The position numbers and the translations under genes are program-made. Below, one piece after another: positions 45,603 through 57,179 of a stretch of 64,000 bases of DNA; positions within the stretch are counted from its first letter, which is position 1; each line of letters begins with the position of its first letter. The notes beneath the pieces are model-generated. The model saw only the letters and a program-made list of their open reading frames with translations, searched no databases and had not been told where the DNA came from. Origin of the DNA: Candidatus Zixiibacteriota bacterium (GTDB lineage: Bacteria > Zixibacteria > MSB-5A5 > UBA10806 > 4484-95); NCBI GenBank assembly GCA_037441845.1, contig JBBIRK010000008.1:10226-74225 (forward strand). Reading direction: 5' to 3'.

Positions 45603-46448
45603 CTATTCGACCATATTTTTAAGAGCCACTGCTTTCGGCAAGGGGATATAATCGACTTTTTCAGCGATCGCCTGCCCCTCAGGCGACAGCGCCCAGTTCA
45701 CCAACGCCTTCAAATCGCCGGTCGGCTTGCCGTTGAAAAACCAATACAGCTCACGGGAAATCGGATAAGTGCCGTTGGTGATCGTCTCGATCGAGGGCAC
45801 GACCGCAGGCGATTGCGGATCTTTCTTGATCGCCACATGCTTGACGCCCTTTTCCCAGGCGATCCCTCCATAGCCGATTCCATACTTATCCTTGCTTACG
45901 GCGTTGACGACAGCGGCGGTTCCGGGAAGCGTCTGCGTCTGTTCGGCGTAATCTTCATCCTGAAGAACGTGCTCTTTGAAATAGGCATAGGTGCCGGAAT
46001 TGTTTTCCCTGCCGTAGAGCATGATCTTCTTGTCGGGACCGCCGAGCTCTTTCCAATTGGTGATAGTTCCGTTGAAAATCCCTTTCAACTGTTGCAGCGT
46101 GAGCTCCGCGATCGGGTTCTCGTTGTGAACGAACACCGCGATCCCGTCGAGAGCGACCGCAACCCTATAAGTATTCACCTTTTTCTGGGCGGCCAGATCG
46201 TATTCCGCCTTTTTCATATCCCGCGATGCCTGGCAGATGTCGGTGGTGCCGTTTATCAGCGCCGCGATACCCGTGCCCGAACCGCCTCCGGACACCTGAA
46301 TCGATACTCCCCGGTTGTTTTTCATGTACTCCTCGGCCCAGCGCTGGCCCAGCCTCACCAGGGTATCCGACCCTTTGATGGTGATATTGCCGGCGACGGC
46401 GGTTGTGCAAAAAGCGAGAACCAATAGAGAAACGATCACTCTCTTCAA
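45603..46448 (-). CDS. pstS: Phosphate-binding protein
   Basis: Signal peptide; IKGSDT, GGGSGTG, ASR, RENNSGT, YPISR. TTG start after AGGAGG. Confidence 0.96.
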   Translation of the reverse strand: MKRVIVSLLVLAFCTTAVAGNITIKGSDTLVRLGQRWAEEYMKNNRGVSIQVSGGGSGTGIAALINGTTDICQASRDMKKAEYDLAAQKKVNTYRVAVALDGIAVFVHNENPIAELTLQQLKGIFNGTITNWKELGGPDKKIMLYGRENNSGTYAYFKEHVLQDEDYAEQTQTLPGTAAVVNAVSKDKYGIGYGGIAWEKGVKHVAIKKDPQSPAVVPSIETITNGTYPISRELYWFFNGKPTGDLKALVNWALSPEGQAIAEKVDYIPLPKAVALKNMVE

Positions 46449-46470
46449 TGCTTCCTCCTGGTTTTAGGTT

Positions 46471-47595
46471 TTAGAATTTAAACTCCGTATTAAGGTATAT
46501 ATATTTATCGGGATCAATTGCATCGTTTTGGGAGCTGGTTTGACGGTAATTCAAAGCCGCCTTTACCCCCTTAACCGGTGTGCATTCAAGGCCTGCGTAA
46601 AGGTAGTTGTAGCCGTCTTCGTCGACCTCGGTGTTAGGATCATAAATGTCATAACGAGCGAAAACCCCCAACGTCTTGAACAGCGCCGCCTCCGGCAAAA
46701 CCTTGTTCAGGTAGATATCGATCCAGGCGGATATGGCGTTGCTCTTGATATCTTCATTGCCCGCCCCGGCTCCATAAGTCCGGAAATTGGCATCGAAACA
46801 GATATCGAACATATCGCGGTAGCCGACCCTTCCGCCCGCTGACAAGATGTTATGCTTGTAGTCGGCCGCATCCTCATCGGAGGCGATTGCTCGGTTCTGA
46901 GTGCCCATATAATACTGCAGAATCAGCGCCAACATCGACCAATCTTTGTTGTCCGAAATCGGTGTGAATTTGGCGAATAGGTTGATGTCCTTGTTCTTGT
47001 TTTTTTCGGTGACATCGCTGTATTTGGTGCCGTTCAGAATTGACAATCCTGCCGCGCCGAGTTTGCCCTTTTCCCCGAGATTCAACATCGCCGATGCGCC
47101 CAGGTCGGCCGTGGACAGCCAGCCCAAGAAATCAACCACATTGCGCTCTACATAGCGCCGCATCCACAATTCATCGGCGAAATAGAGGTACATCGTCGGC
47201 TGCAAACCGATCCTTAAAGTCAGCAAGTCTTCGATCGGCTTTACTTTCCAACTGCCATAGGCGTATTTCAACATGAACGGATATCCCTTGGAGACCTCCT
47301 GCGAAGGGATAACCACCGAATCGCCGTCACTATCTATCACCACTGTCGACGGGGTCTTGAAAAGGTCCGGCTTGATATCGGCGGTAATCTGAACGCTGGT
47401 GTAATCCGAGAATTTCGAAATAGCGGTGATATATGTCCTGCCGATCCCGAAACGGTTGTAGCTGTCGGCTCCTTCCGATAAATCCATCATCCACTCGGCA
47501 TAGACGGTTCCCTTTAACGACGTCTCGGCCGCCGAAGCCCCGGCAAAAAACACCGCAATCGCCAATAAAACAGCTGCTTTAATCCGTAAATTCAT
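46471..47595 (-). CDS. Outer-membrane beta-barrel, probable phosphate-selective porin
   Basis: Signal peptide, amphipathic strands, C-terminal beta-signal YLNTEFKF; first gene of the pst operon. Confidence 0.8.
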   Translation of the reverse strand: MNLRIKAAVLLAIAVFFAGASAAETSLKGTVYAEWMMDLSEGADSYNRFGIGRTYITAISKFSDYTSVQITADIKPDLFKTPSTVVIDSDGDSVVIPSQEVSKGYPFMLKYAYGSWKVKPIEDLLTLRIGLQPTMYLYFADELWMRRYVERNVVDFLGWLSTADLGASAMLNLGEKGKLGAAGLSILNGTKYSDVTEKNKNKDINLFAKFTPISDNKDWSMLALILQYYMGTQNRAIASDEDAADYKHNILSAGGRVGYRDMFDICFDANFRTYGAGAGNEDIKSNAISAWIDIYLNKVLPEAALFKTLGVFARYDIYDPNTEVDEDGYNYLYAGLECTPVKGVKAALNYRQTSSQNDAIDPDKYIYLNTEFKF

Positions 47596-47702
47596 TTGTT
47601 TTCCTCTCTTAAATTTTCTTGATTTTCGTGTCGTTCGTTATCATCTCCGTCGCTTAGTATCATCGATACTCTCATCACCACCTTTCCAATAATACCTTTG
47701 AA

Positions 47703-47731
47703 TGTTTGGATTCTGTTAGGCAAGCGTTAGA
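47703..47731 (-). promoter_or_regulatory. Pho-box-like tandem repeats upstream of porin-pst operon
   Basis: Minus strand TCTAACG, CCTAACA, CCAAACA at exact 11-bp spacing. Confidence 0.7.
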
Positions 47732-47793
47732 ATATCTTTTCCAATTATTAGTATCATTTAATGTTTCGCGGGCGCCTGGATAACCCCCGTCTC

Positions 47794-49197
47794 TCAACCT
47801 CGGCCGTCGATCAGGTGCGGCAGCGGAAGTTCGATCGTAAAATTGCTTCCTTCGCCTGGCCTGCTTTCCACCTCGATTCTACCGTCATGCGCCAAAACAA
47901 TATGTTTTACTATCGCCAGACCCAGTCCGGTTCCACCGCCCTTGCGGCTTCTCGACTTGTCGACACGGTAAAATCGTTCGAAAAGACGGGGGATATGGCT
48001 TTTTTCGATTCCGCAGCCATTGTCGATTACGCTGATTCTGAGCGTTTTTGCTTCGGTCGTGCAATTCACCCTCACCGATTTGCCGGGATCGCTGTATTTT
48101 ATGGCGTTATCGATAAGATTGACCAGCGCTTGTTCGAGCAGGGCCGAATTTATCTTTGCCATCGGGTCGCCGACGCTCTGGAATTCGATCGTGATATTTT
48201 TTTCCTTGGCTTTCAGATCACAAGTATTGACGGCCGCCTGGATGACGGGGGTGATTCTGTCCACGGCAAGCGAGATCTCGCCTCTTTCGGCCTCCCTTTC
48301 TATTCGTGAAAGGCTGAGAAGGTCTTCGATAATGGCGTTCAGCCTGTCGGCCTGCCTCGATATTATTTCCAGAAAACGGCGGGCATCCTCGGGACTATCG
48401 ATCGCACCGTCGATGAGGGTTTCGATAAATCCTTTTATCGAGGTTATCGGCGTCTTGAGTTCGTGGGAAACATTGGCCACGAAATCCTTGCGCACATTCT
48501 CGAGCCTGCGCAGGTGCGTGACATCGTTCAATACGATCAAATTTCCCAGCCTATCGCCGCCGCTTTCACGCAAGGGCGCGATGTACATATCGAAGAAGCG
48601 ATCGCCGTCCGGGCCGTGCAAGACGATTTCCTCCTCCATCGCACGGTCTTCTGCTATCGATCGCGAAATCAAATTCTGCATAGGCGAATTACGGACTATT
48701 TCCTGGACATGGCGGCCCCGGGCATCTGAATCGATCAAGCCGAACATCTGAGCCGCCGCCCGATTGATATTGATGATCCGTTCGTCCATATCGATGGCTA
48801 TTATCCCCTCGATCAGACTGCTCATCACCGCGTTCTGCTCGATTTCCCTTTTCTCCAGTTGACTGATTTTAGTTTCGATCTCTTCCATCAACCGATTGAG
48901 CCTAGCGGCCGTCGGTTCGATTTCGAGAAGCCCGCCGGAACTTGCGCGCGCCGCGAAATCACCGGTCAAGGCATGCTCGATCGCGGAGTCCAAACCCGCG
49001 ACCCCTCTTTTCAATTTCGATTTCAGGAGTTGTGCGGTCAGGAAGGCGGTAAGCAAAAGAAAAAGATTCAGAACCACAATCAGCGGCGGCGTCACAGTCT
49101 TGCTGGTAAAAAGAGTGATTACGACTATTAAAATAGCGAGTTCGAGAACGACAACCAAGACCGCGAATAGAAACCAAAATACCGATCTGCTGTTCAG
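47794..49197 (-). CDS. phoR: Phosphate regulon sensor histidine kinase (HAMP-PAS-HisKA-HATPase)
   Basis: FVANVSHELKTPITSIKG, NLIDNAIKY, DNGCGI, FERFYRVDKSRSR, GTGLGL. ORF track start is 49158; CTG at 49197 proposed. Confidence 0.92.
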   Translation of the reverse strand: MNSRSVFWFLFAVLVVVLELAILIVVITLFTSKTVTPPLIVVLNLFLLLTAFLTAQLLKSKLKRGVAGLDSAIEHALTGDFAARASSGGLLEIEPTAARLNRLMEEIETKISQLEKREIEQNAVMSSLIEGIIAIDMDERIININRAAAQMFGLIDSDARGRHVQEIVRNSPMQNLISRSIAEDRAMEEEIVLHGPDGDRFFDMYIAPLRESGGDRLGNLIVLNDVTHLRRLENVRKDFVANVSHELKTPITSIKGFIETLIDGAIDSPEDARRFLEIISRQADRLNAIIEDLLSLSRIEREAERGEISLAVDRITPVIQAAVNTCDLKAKEKNITIEFQSVGDPMAKINSALLEQALVNLIDNAIKYSDPGKSVRVNCTTEAKTLRISVIDNGCGIEKSHIPRLFERFYRVDKSRSRKGGGTGLGLAIVKHIVLAHDGRIEVESRPGEGSNFTIELPLPHLIDGRG

Positions 49198-49198
49198 C

Positions 49199-49894
49199 TT
49201 AAAGCTCCTTGAAACGGTAGCCGACGCCCCTCACGGTTTCGATATACTTGGCATAGGAGCCCAGTTTTTTCCTCAGCCCCACTACTTGGACATCTATCGA
49301 TCGGTCGGTAACCGGGTAATCTTCGCCTTTGATCGCATTTACGATCTGATAGCGCGTAAACACCCAACCCGGACGGCCGGCCAAAAAATGCAACAGGCGG
49401 AATTCGCTCAATGTCAACTCTAACCGTTTGCCTTTGATCGAAACCTCGTGGCGCCCCGGGTGGATGATCAAATCATCGATCTTTATTGGGGTATCGGGAT
49501 CGAAATTGGTCTTGGCCTTGCGCCGGAGTATCGCCCTCACTCTGGCGATGAGTATTCGTGGGCTGAACGGCTTGGTTATATAATCATCGGCACCCAGCTC
49601 CAGTCCGGCGACGATATCGGCTTCCTCGCCCCGGGCGGTGAGCATTATAAGCGGCACATGCGCCGTTTTGGAATCGCCGCGCAACTGCCGGCAAACCTCG
49701 AAACCGTCGATTCCCGGCAGCATCAAATCGAGGATAATCAAATCCGGCGGATTGGCTTTGGCCCTACGCAATCCATCCTCGCCGCTGATAGCGCCGGTAA
49801 AATCGAACCCCTCTTTGAGAAGATTGTATCTTATCAATTCGAGAATATCCTCGTCATCTTCAATGGCCAAAATGGTCTGTTTGGGCAAAATCAC
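49199..49894 (-). CDS. phoB: OmpR-family phosphate regulon response regulator
   Basis: EDDED, LDLMLP, GADDYITKPF, winged helix DRSIDVQVVGLRKK, ETVRGVGY; adjacent to phoR/pst. Start may be TTG at 49888. Confidence 0.92.
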   Translation of the reverse strand: MILPKQTILAIEDDEDILELIRYNLLKEGFDFTGAISGEDGLRRAKANPPDLIILDLMLPGIDGFEVCRQLRGDSKTAHVPLIMLTARGEEADIVAGLELGADDYITKPFSPRILIARVRAILRRKAKTNFDPDTPIKIDDLIIHPGRHEVSIKGKRLELTLSEFRLLHFLAGRPGWVFTRYQIVNAIKGEDYPVTDRSIDVQVVGLRKKLGSYAKYIETVRGVGYRFKEL

Positions 49895-49938
49895 CTCCGC
49901 GAATTATGAAATTTCCATGCCCAATTGTCCGACTTTAG

Positions 49939-49956
49939 CGTTAGGGTACGATTAGG
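49939..49956 (-). promoter_or_regulatory. Pho-box-like repeat pair upstream of phoB
   Basis: Minus strand CCTAATC and CCTAACG, 11 bp apart; same core as 47703-47731. Confidence 0.6.
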
Positions 49957-50148
49957 AATTCGCAAGATTCTCATTTCCATTTTTTGGGGCCGGCCGGTAA
50001 TTTCCCGCTATTGTTATTATTAAATAAAGTCGGCATCAAGAGAAAGTTTCGGCCGAATGTCACTTCGGTCGATCGCCGCAATTGACATCGCCGTCACCCG
50101 CGGTTATTTATCACTATATGTTGCGTCATCTCAGAGGTGAACCGATAA

Positions 50149-50799
50149 ATGCCGAGAACTAAATCGAGCAAAATCGCCGAGTTGGAGAAACTTCCGCATT
50201 ATCTGAAAGAATGCGAAAAATACGCTGGCAAATGGGCCGCCGCTTATTTCGGCAACGACCACCCGCTGGTGATCGAGCTGGGCTGCGGAAAAGGTGAATA
50301 TGCCAATTGGCTGGCCCGGCTTTTCCCGCACAAAAATTTCATCGGCATCGATATAAAGGGGGCGCGTCTGTGGCGGGCGGCCGGTGATTCGGCGACCCTG
50401 GGATTGACCAATGTCGTGTTCATCCGAGCCCGGGCCGAGCAAATCGATCGCCTGTTCGGTCCGGCGGAAATCGACGAAATCTGGCTTCCGTTCCCCGATC
50501 CTTTCCCTAAAAGGAGGCATGTTTCCAAGCGGATGACCACACCCGATTTCTTGCGCCGCTATCGCCGAATTTTGCGACCGGGCGGAAAGTTGCATCTGAA
50601 AACCGATGATGCAGGGATGTTCGATTTCACCCGTGAGATGTTGTTGCGGGAAGGTTGGAAAATAAACGTATTCGTTCCTGATCTGCACGGGTCGGGCGTC
50701 GTCGATGAGGTGATCGGATTTCGGACCGACTACGAACGGCGGCATCTGGCCGAGGGGAAAACCATCGGCTATCTATCGGCATTGCCGCCGGAAAAGTGA
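50149..50799 (+). CDS. trmB: tRNA (guanine-N7)-methyltransferase
   Basis: ELGCGKGEY, GIDIKGARL, FPDPFPK, LKTD, TDYE. Confidence 0.95.
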   Translation: MPRTKSSKIAELEKLPHYLKECEKYAGKWAAAYFGNDHPLVIELGCGKGEYANWLARLFPHKNFIGIDIKGARLWRAAGDSATLGLTNVVFIRARAEQIDRLFGPAEIDEIWLPFPDPFPKRRHVSKRMTTPDFLRRYRRILRPGGKLHLKTDDAGMFDFTREMLLREGWKINVFVPDLHGSGVVDEVIGFRTDYERRHLAEGKTIGYLSALPPEK

Positions 50800-50845
50800 T
50801 CGAACGGCAGGATTTTCATTTTCGCGGCGGCCGCTGAAAAGGTAT

Positions 50846-50874
50846 TTGACCTATCCGCTTCGGTTAGTTATAGT
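50846..50874 (+). promoter_or_regulatory. Putative sigma70 promoter
   Basis: TTGACC-N17-TATAGT upstream of the pentapeptide-repeat gene. Confidence 0.55.
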
Positions 50875-50921
50875 CTCGTCGAAAGACAACTTATTTGAAC
50901 ATTATTATGGGGGTAAAACCA

Positions 50922-52538
50922 ATGGATAATATATGCTACTGCGGACGAGACGTTAATCTTCCCCACGATTTCGAGCATTGCCTTTTTCACGCCCCGAAAG
51001 AAAAGAAGGGGATGGATGTGGAAAAGTTCAATGAGAAGATATATGAGCAAATAAGGGACGGCGATTTTAATTTTAGAGGCTACGTCTTTCCGGGGAATAT
51101 CGATTTTACAGGACACGACTCCATCAGCGTGCTGTCTAATGCCGATTTTCATGAAGCGGAATTTCATGACGCAGTGAATTTTTCTAACGCGAATTTTGAT
51201 AATTACGCGAATTTTGAACAGACCCACTTCCATGGTGTTGTTTATTTTTGTAAAGCAAAATTTCATGACGCTGTGAATTTTAACGATGCGAAGTTTGATT
51301 ATAACGCCGAATTTGCCGATGCCCGCTTTGAGGGCCGAGCCAGGTTTCAAAAGACGGTATTCGATAACGCGGAATTTACGGGAGCGCAATTTGCGAAAGA
51401 TGTCGATTTCGCGGGAGCGTCATTCAAATACGTTAGTTTCAGTTATGTCAGATTTTCAAATTACACGTCATTCAAAAGCACTAATTTTTCGCAAGAGACC
51501 TATTTCTTAAATACAACGTTTTCGACCTACGCCGAATTTCTTGAAGCGAGTTTCTCGGGCTCAACTATTTTCGGGGGTTGCCGATTCGAAGGGCGCGTCG
51601 TTTTTGAAAAGATAACCGTAACGGAAGACTCATTGCTGAGATTCAGCAGAATTAATATCGGTGCCGATTCCTCTTTCGAGTTGTCCTCTCCTGAAAACAA
51701 AAAAAATAGCGGTTCAATCATCCTTTTCGATCAAGCCATATTCCGCGAATACAGCACGATTTTCAAAAACACGATTTCCGCCCCCGACGGCCTGACCATC
51801 CTATTCCGGCATTGCCAGCTGAAAGATGTTTATTTCATCGGTTGCGACCTTTCCGCTTCTTCGTTCTACACGAGCAATTTCGATCAAGCCAGATTCCATT
51901 CCAACAAATGGGGTTCTTCCGCCGGGAACGAAAGAAAACTTATAGAGGAAACTTGGTTCGAACAGCGCGAAAAGCTTAATGAAGAAGAAAGAAGAATATT
52001 CGATGAAAAATATCGGATTGCGAGCCTAATCTCAAGAAGAGAGATCGCCGCCATCTACCGCCGCCTGAAAGCGGCCCACGACTACACCAAGGATTTCCCC
52101 GAAGCCGGCCATTTTTATTATAACGAATGCGAGACTATCCGTAGATATTTTCTTCACGAAGACAAAGGATTCATATCCAGATGCCGGGCCGGACTATATG
52201 CCGTTTACAATTTAATCGCCGGCTATGGGGAAAGACCGCTGCGGGCGGCTTGTTGGCTGGGTGGTTCCTTGATACTTTTCGCTGCACTCAATTACCTCAT
52301 CGGTATCGAAAAGCTGGATCGCGCCGGCAACAGCCTCGGAATCGTCAGAAACGCTTCGGACGTAATCACGTTCACGGTCATGCGCGTAATCCCGATGAGC
52401 CTTTTCCCGTTCCAGAGAAACGCCTACGAGCCGAACGGACTTTTCGCATTGATGATAGCCTTGCTGAACTCGCTGATACCTCTGGTTTTGATCACTTTCA
52501 TCCTACTCGGCCTCAAACGTCGATTCAGGCGCTATTGA
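50922..52538 (+). CDS. Pentapeptide-repeat protein with C-terminal membrane domain
   Basis: N-terminal C.C...CLFH; 11-residue xF-xxxx-F repeats (ADFHEAEFHDA VNFSNANFDNY...); GYGERPLRA then hydrophobic segments. Confidence 0.85.
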   Translation: MDNICYCGRDVNLPHDFEHCLFHAPKEKKGMDVEKFNEKIYEQIRDGDFNFRGYVFPGNIDFTGHDSISVLSNADFHEAEFHDAVNFSNANFDNYANFEQTHFHGVVYFCKAKFHDAVNFNDAKFDYNAEFADARFEGRARFQKTVFDNAEFTGAQFAKDVDFAGASFKYVSFSYVRFSNYTSFKSTNFSQETYFLNTTFSTYAEFLEASFSGSTIFGGCRFEGRVVFEKITVTEDSLLRFSRINIGADSSFELSSPENKKNSGSIILFDQAIFREYSTIFKNTISAPDGLTILFRHCQLKDVYFIGCDLSASSFYTSNFDQARFHSNKWGSSAGNERKLIEETWFEQREKLNEEERRIFDEKYRIASLISRREIAAIYRRLKAAHDYTKDFPEAGHFYYNECETIRRYFLHEDKGFISRCRAGLYAVYNLIAGYGERPLRAACWLGGSLILFAALNYLIGIEKLDRAGNSLGIVRNASDVITFTVMRVIPMSLFPFQRNAYEPNGLFALMIALLNSLIPLVLITFILLGLKRRFRRY

Positions 52539-52629
52539 AATCCCTCCCGTAAGGTTGACTTGTCTTAAGAGAATGCCCCTTTTTCTCGGTATAGAAATGT
52601 TGATCCGAGAACCGCTATCGGCCGGGCCG

Positions 52630-54928
<2,299 letters not shown>

Positions 54929-55054
54929 CGTTTCCGTTATTATATTATACTATTTAGACCGTCTCAAATCAAGTTTCCAAATAAAAAATGTGCTTGGGCA
55001 ACTTCCTGTCTGACAATTGGTTATGGTTTGTCAATCGCCGGTCACAAAGACACC

Positions 55055-56260
55055 TCAGACCATATTGCGATGGGAAAACAGATTATGGGCGTGAAGCCCG
55101 AAACGGGAACCGATAAACTCCGCCTGCTCGGCCGTGGCGGTGATCACCAGCAACTCCTCAGATTCAAAATCCGCTAAGTTCAAATCGCCCAAAAAACGCC
55201 ATTCATGTTCGGGTTTCCAGTTACCGCCCGCCGATCCCTGGTTTTGGAAATATGGCTGGTCGCTCGTCGATAATCGTCGGTATAGGGTATGCGGACCGTA
55301 AATCACCGGTCGGATACCTGTTCTTGAGGCGGCTTTTCTTTTTATGGCGATGGCGAACGGTTCGAAATTCAGTCGATTGTATCGATTACGCCAGGTCATG
55401 AGCGGAAGCATTTCTTGCGGAGGCAAATTGGAAAACGCCACCGCCTTCCGCCTTTCGTTTTGATTTCGCTCCGAGCCGTAAATGATCTTGCTTTCGAGAA
55501 TATTGCAAAGAGTGTGGAACGCCGTGGCCGGATAAGATTCCGATTCGGTTATCCGCCGGTAATAATCGAATCTTTTCTGGTTCGGCCAGGCCGAATGAAA
55601 AGTGTGGGTCCAGTGCGCCACATGATCCCAATTGGAAATCGGCCGAATATCGTTTTCGATAATATGGGCTGATTCACCTGAAGTCTTTCCGAGGGGGCGA
55701 TATGGAATACGATAGCCGTCGATTATTTCTTTGCCGGCGACCGAATCAAGCAACCGATCCAGATTGCCCCCGGACCTTACCGACACGGGAATAATCAAAT
55801 CCGCCAATCGGAACAACGATTCGTCGCGTATCGGCCAGTTCGATTTTGGTGACCGTGATCTCCTTTTCTGGAAAAACGCAAAGCCAACCTCCTCCGGCCG
55901 CAATTTGAAGTCATCGATAAGAAGCGAGATTATCTTGTCCTGATTTTCCGTGGCCGCGACCGGGCATACGATTATTTGCCTGAATCGGTATGCGCTGCAA
56001 ATATAGATCTGCAATTCCCATGTCGTAATACCGACACTCGTCAAGATGGTGTAACCGCTCGACCCCGCGAATTTTATCGCCTCGATTGTCTGTTTCACCC
56101 AATCGTCCCGGCCGCAGGGGGTTTTCGATTGGCGTGAATTGAGAATAAGAGCCGTTCTATCTCGGAACAAAGAATGTGGTGCTTTCACGATTATTTCTAT
56201 CGGTCCACCATAGGAGCTGGTCGCAATCCGGGGAATTTCGGCATGGCTTGAATTATCCAT
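55055..56260 (-). CDS. Hypothetical protein; putative SLOG/DprA-like N-terminus + ADP-ribosyltransferase-like C-terminus
   Basis: 401-aa ORF filling the gap between genes; domain guess from RDE....AD...PVSVR.GG and HWT / AVAFS / EHEWR motifs. Confidence 0.6.
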   Translation of the reverse strand: MDNSSHAEIPRIATSSYGGPIEIIVKAPHSLFRDRTALILNSRQSKTPCGRDDWVKQTIEAIKFAGSSGYTILTSVGITTWELQIYICSAYRFRQIIVCPVAATENQDKIISLLIDDFKLRPEEVGFAFFQKRRSRSPKSNWPIRDESLFRLADLIIPVSVRSGGNLDRLLDSVAGKEIIDGYRIPYRPLGKTSGESAHIIENDIRPISNWDHVAHWTHTFHSAWPNQKRFDYYRRITESESYPATAFHTLCNILESKIIYGSERNQNERRKAVAFSNLPPQEMLPLMTWRNRYNRLNFEPFAIAIKRKAASRTGIRPVIYGPHTLYRRLSTSDQPYFQNQGSAGGNWKPEHEWRFLGDLNLADFESEELLVITATAEQAEFIGSRFGLHAHNLFSHRNMV

Positions 56261-56476
56261 AGACTACATAATAATCCATTATGGCCGACATTTTTGCAAG
56301 AGATATGAAACCTCGGGCGGCGGTTTTGCCGTTGACTTGATGGTGGCGGCGGTTATATTTCATTTAGCCGGCGCAACGGCATGAAATAAGCTTGATAAGA
56401 CGGAATCGATTTCGACGACATTTCTGCGGCAAGCCGGCAAACAATGCGGCTTCTGAAACGTAATATTAGTGCGACG

Positions 56477-57172
56477 ATGAATAGATTGATTATAATCGGT
56501 GCCATCATCTTGCTCGCGGCGGCGCCCTTTGCCCAGATCGGCCAGAAAACCGACGATCCGTCCGCCGTTACCATCGCCCGTCTTCGCTACACCGGAGGGG
56601 CCGATTGGTATTGGGGAAGATCCGCCCTGCCCAATCTTCATCGTTTCCTCGATCAAAATACTCCCATCAAAGCGATTGACCGCGAGGTAAATATCGAATT
56701 AACCAGCCCGGAGTTATATAAATATCCGATACTGTTCATGACTGGCCACGGGAACGTGAAGTTCAGCGATCAAGAGGTGGCCGCGCTGAGAGAATACCTT
56801 GCCGCCGGCGGATTCTTGTTCGCAAACGACAGCTACGGCCTGGCGCCTGCATTCCGGCGCGAGATGAAAAAAGTCTTTCCCGGGCAGGAGCTCACCGAAT
56901 TGCCGTTCAGCCATCCGATCTTTCATGTATTATATGAATTTCCGAACGGGTTGCCTAAAATCCACGAACATGACAACAAACCGCCGCAGGGGTTCGGGCT
57001 TTTCTGGTCGGCCAATCCCGCTGAAAAGAAGCGGCTTGTGGTCTTTTTCGCTTACGAAAGCGACATCGGCGACGGCTTGGAAGACAGCGAGGTTTACAAC
57101 GACCCCCCGGAAAAACATCAAGCGGCCCTGAAAATGGCGGCGAATATCGTGGCTTACGCCATGATGCAATAG
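56477..57172 (+). CDS. DUF4159-family exported protein
   Basis: Signal peptide; RLRY.GG.DWY, YPILFMTGHG, LREYL..GGFL, HPIF, PKIHEHD, SDIGDG.ED. TTGACT-N16-TATATT at 56332-56359. Confidence 0.9.
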   Translation: MNRLIIIGAIILLAAAPFAQIGQKTDDPSAVTIARLRYTGGADWYWGRSALPNLHRFLDQNTPIKAIDREVNIELTSPELYKYPILFMTGHGNVKFSDQEVAALREYLAAGGFLFANDSYGLAPAFRREMKKVFPGQELTELPFSHPIFHVLYEFPNGLPKIHEHDNKPPQGFGLFWSANPAEKKRLVVFFAYESDIGDGLEDSEVYNDPPEKHQAALKMAANIVAYAMMQ

Positions 57173-57179
57173 GTGATAT

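Noticed and set aside
50922..52538. Qnr/MfpA-like gyrase protection protein beside gyrB
   Set aside because: Repeats have 11-residue periodicity and the protein has a C-terminal membrane domain; Qnr/MfpA are ~200-aa soluble proteins. It is also convergent with gyrB, not co-transcribed.
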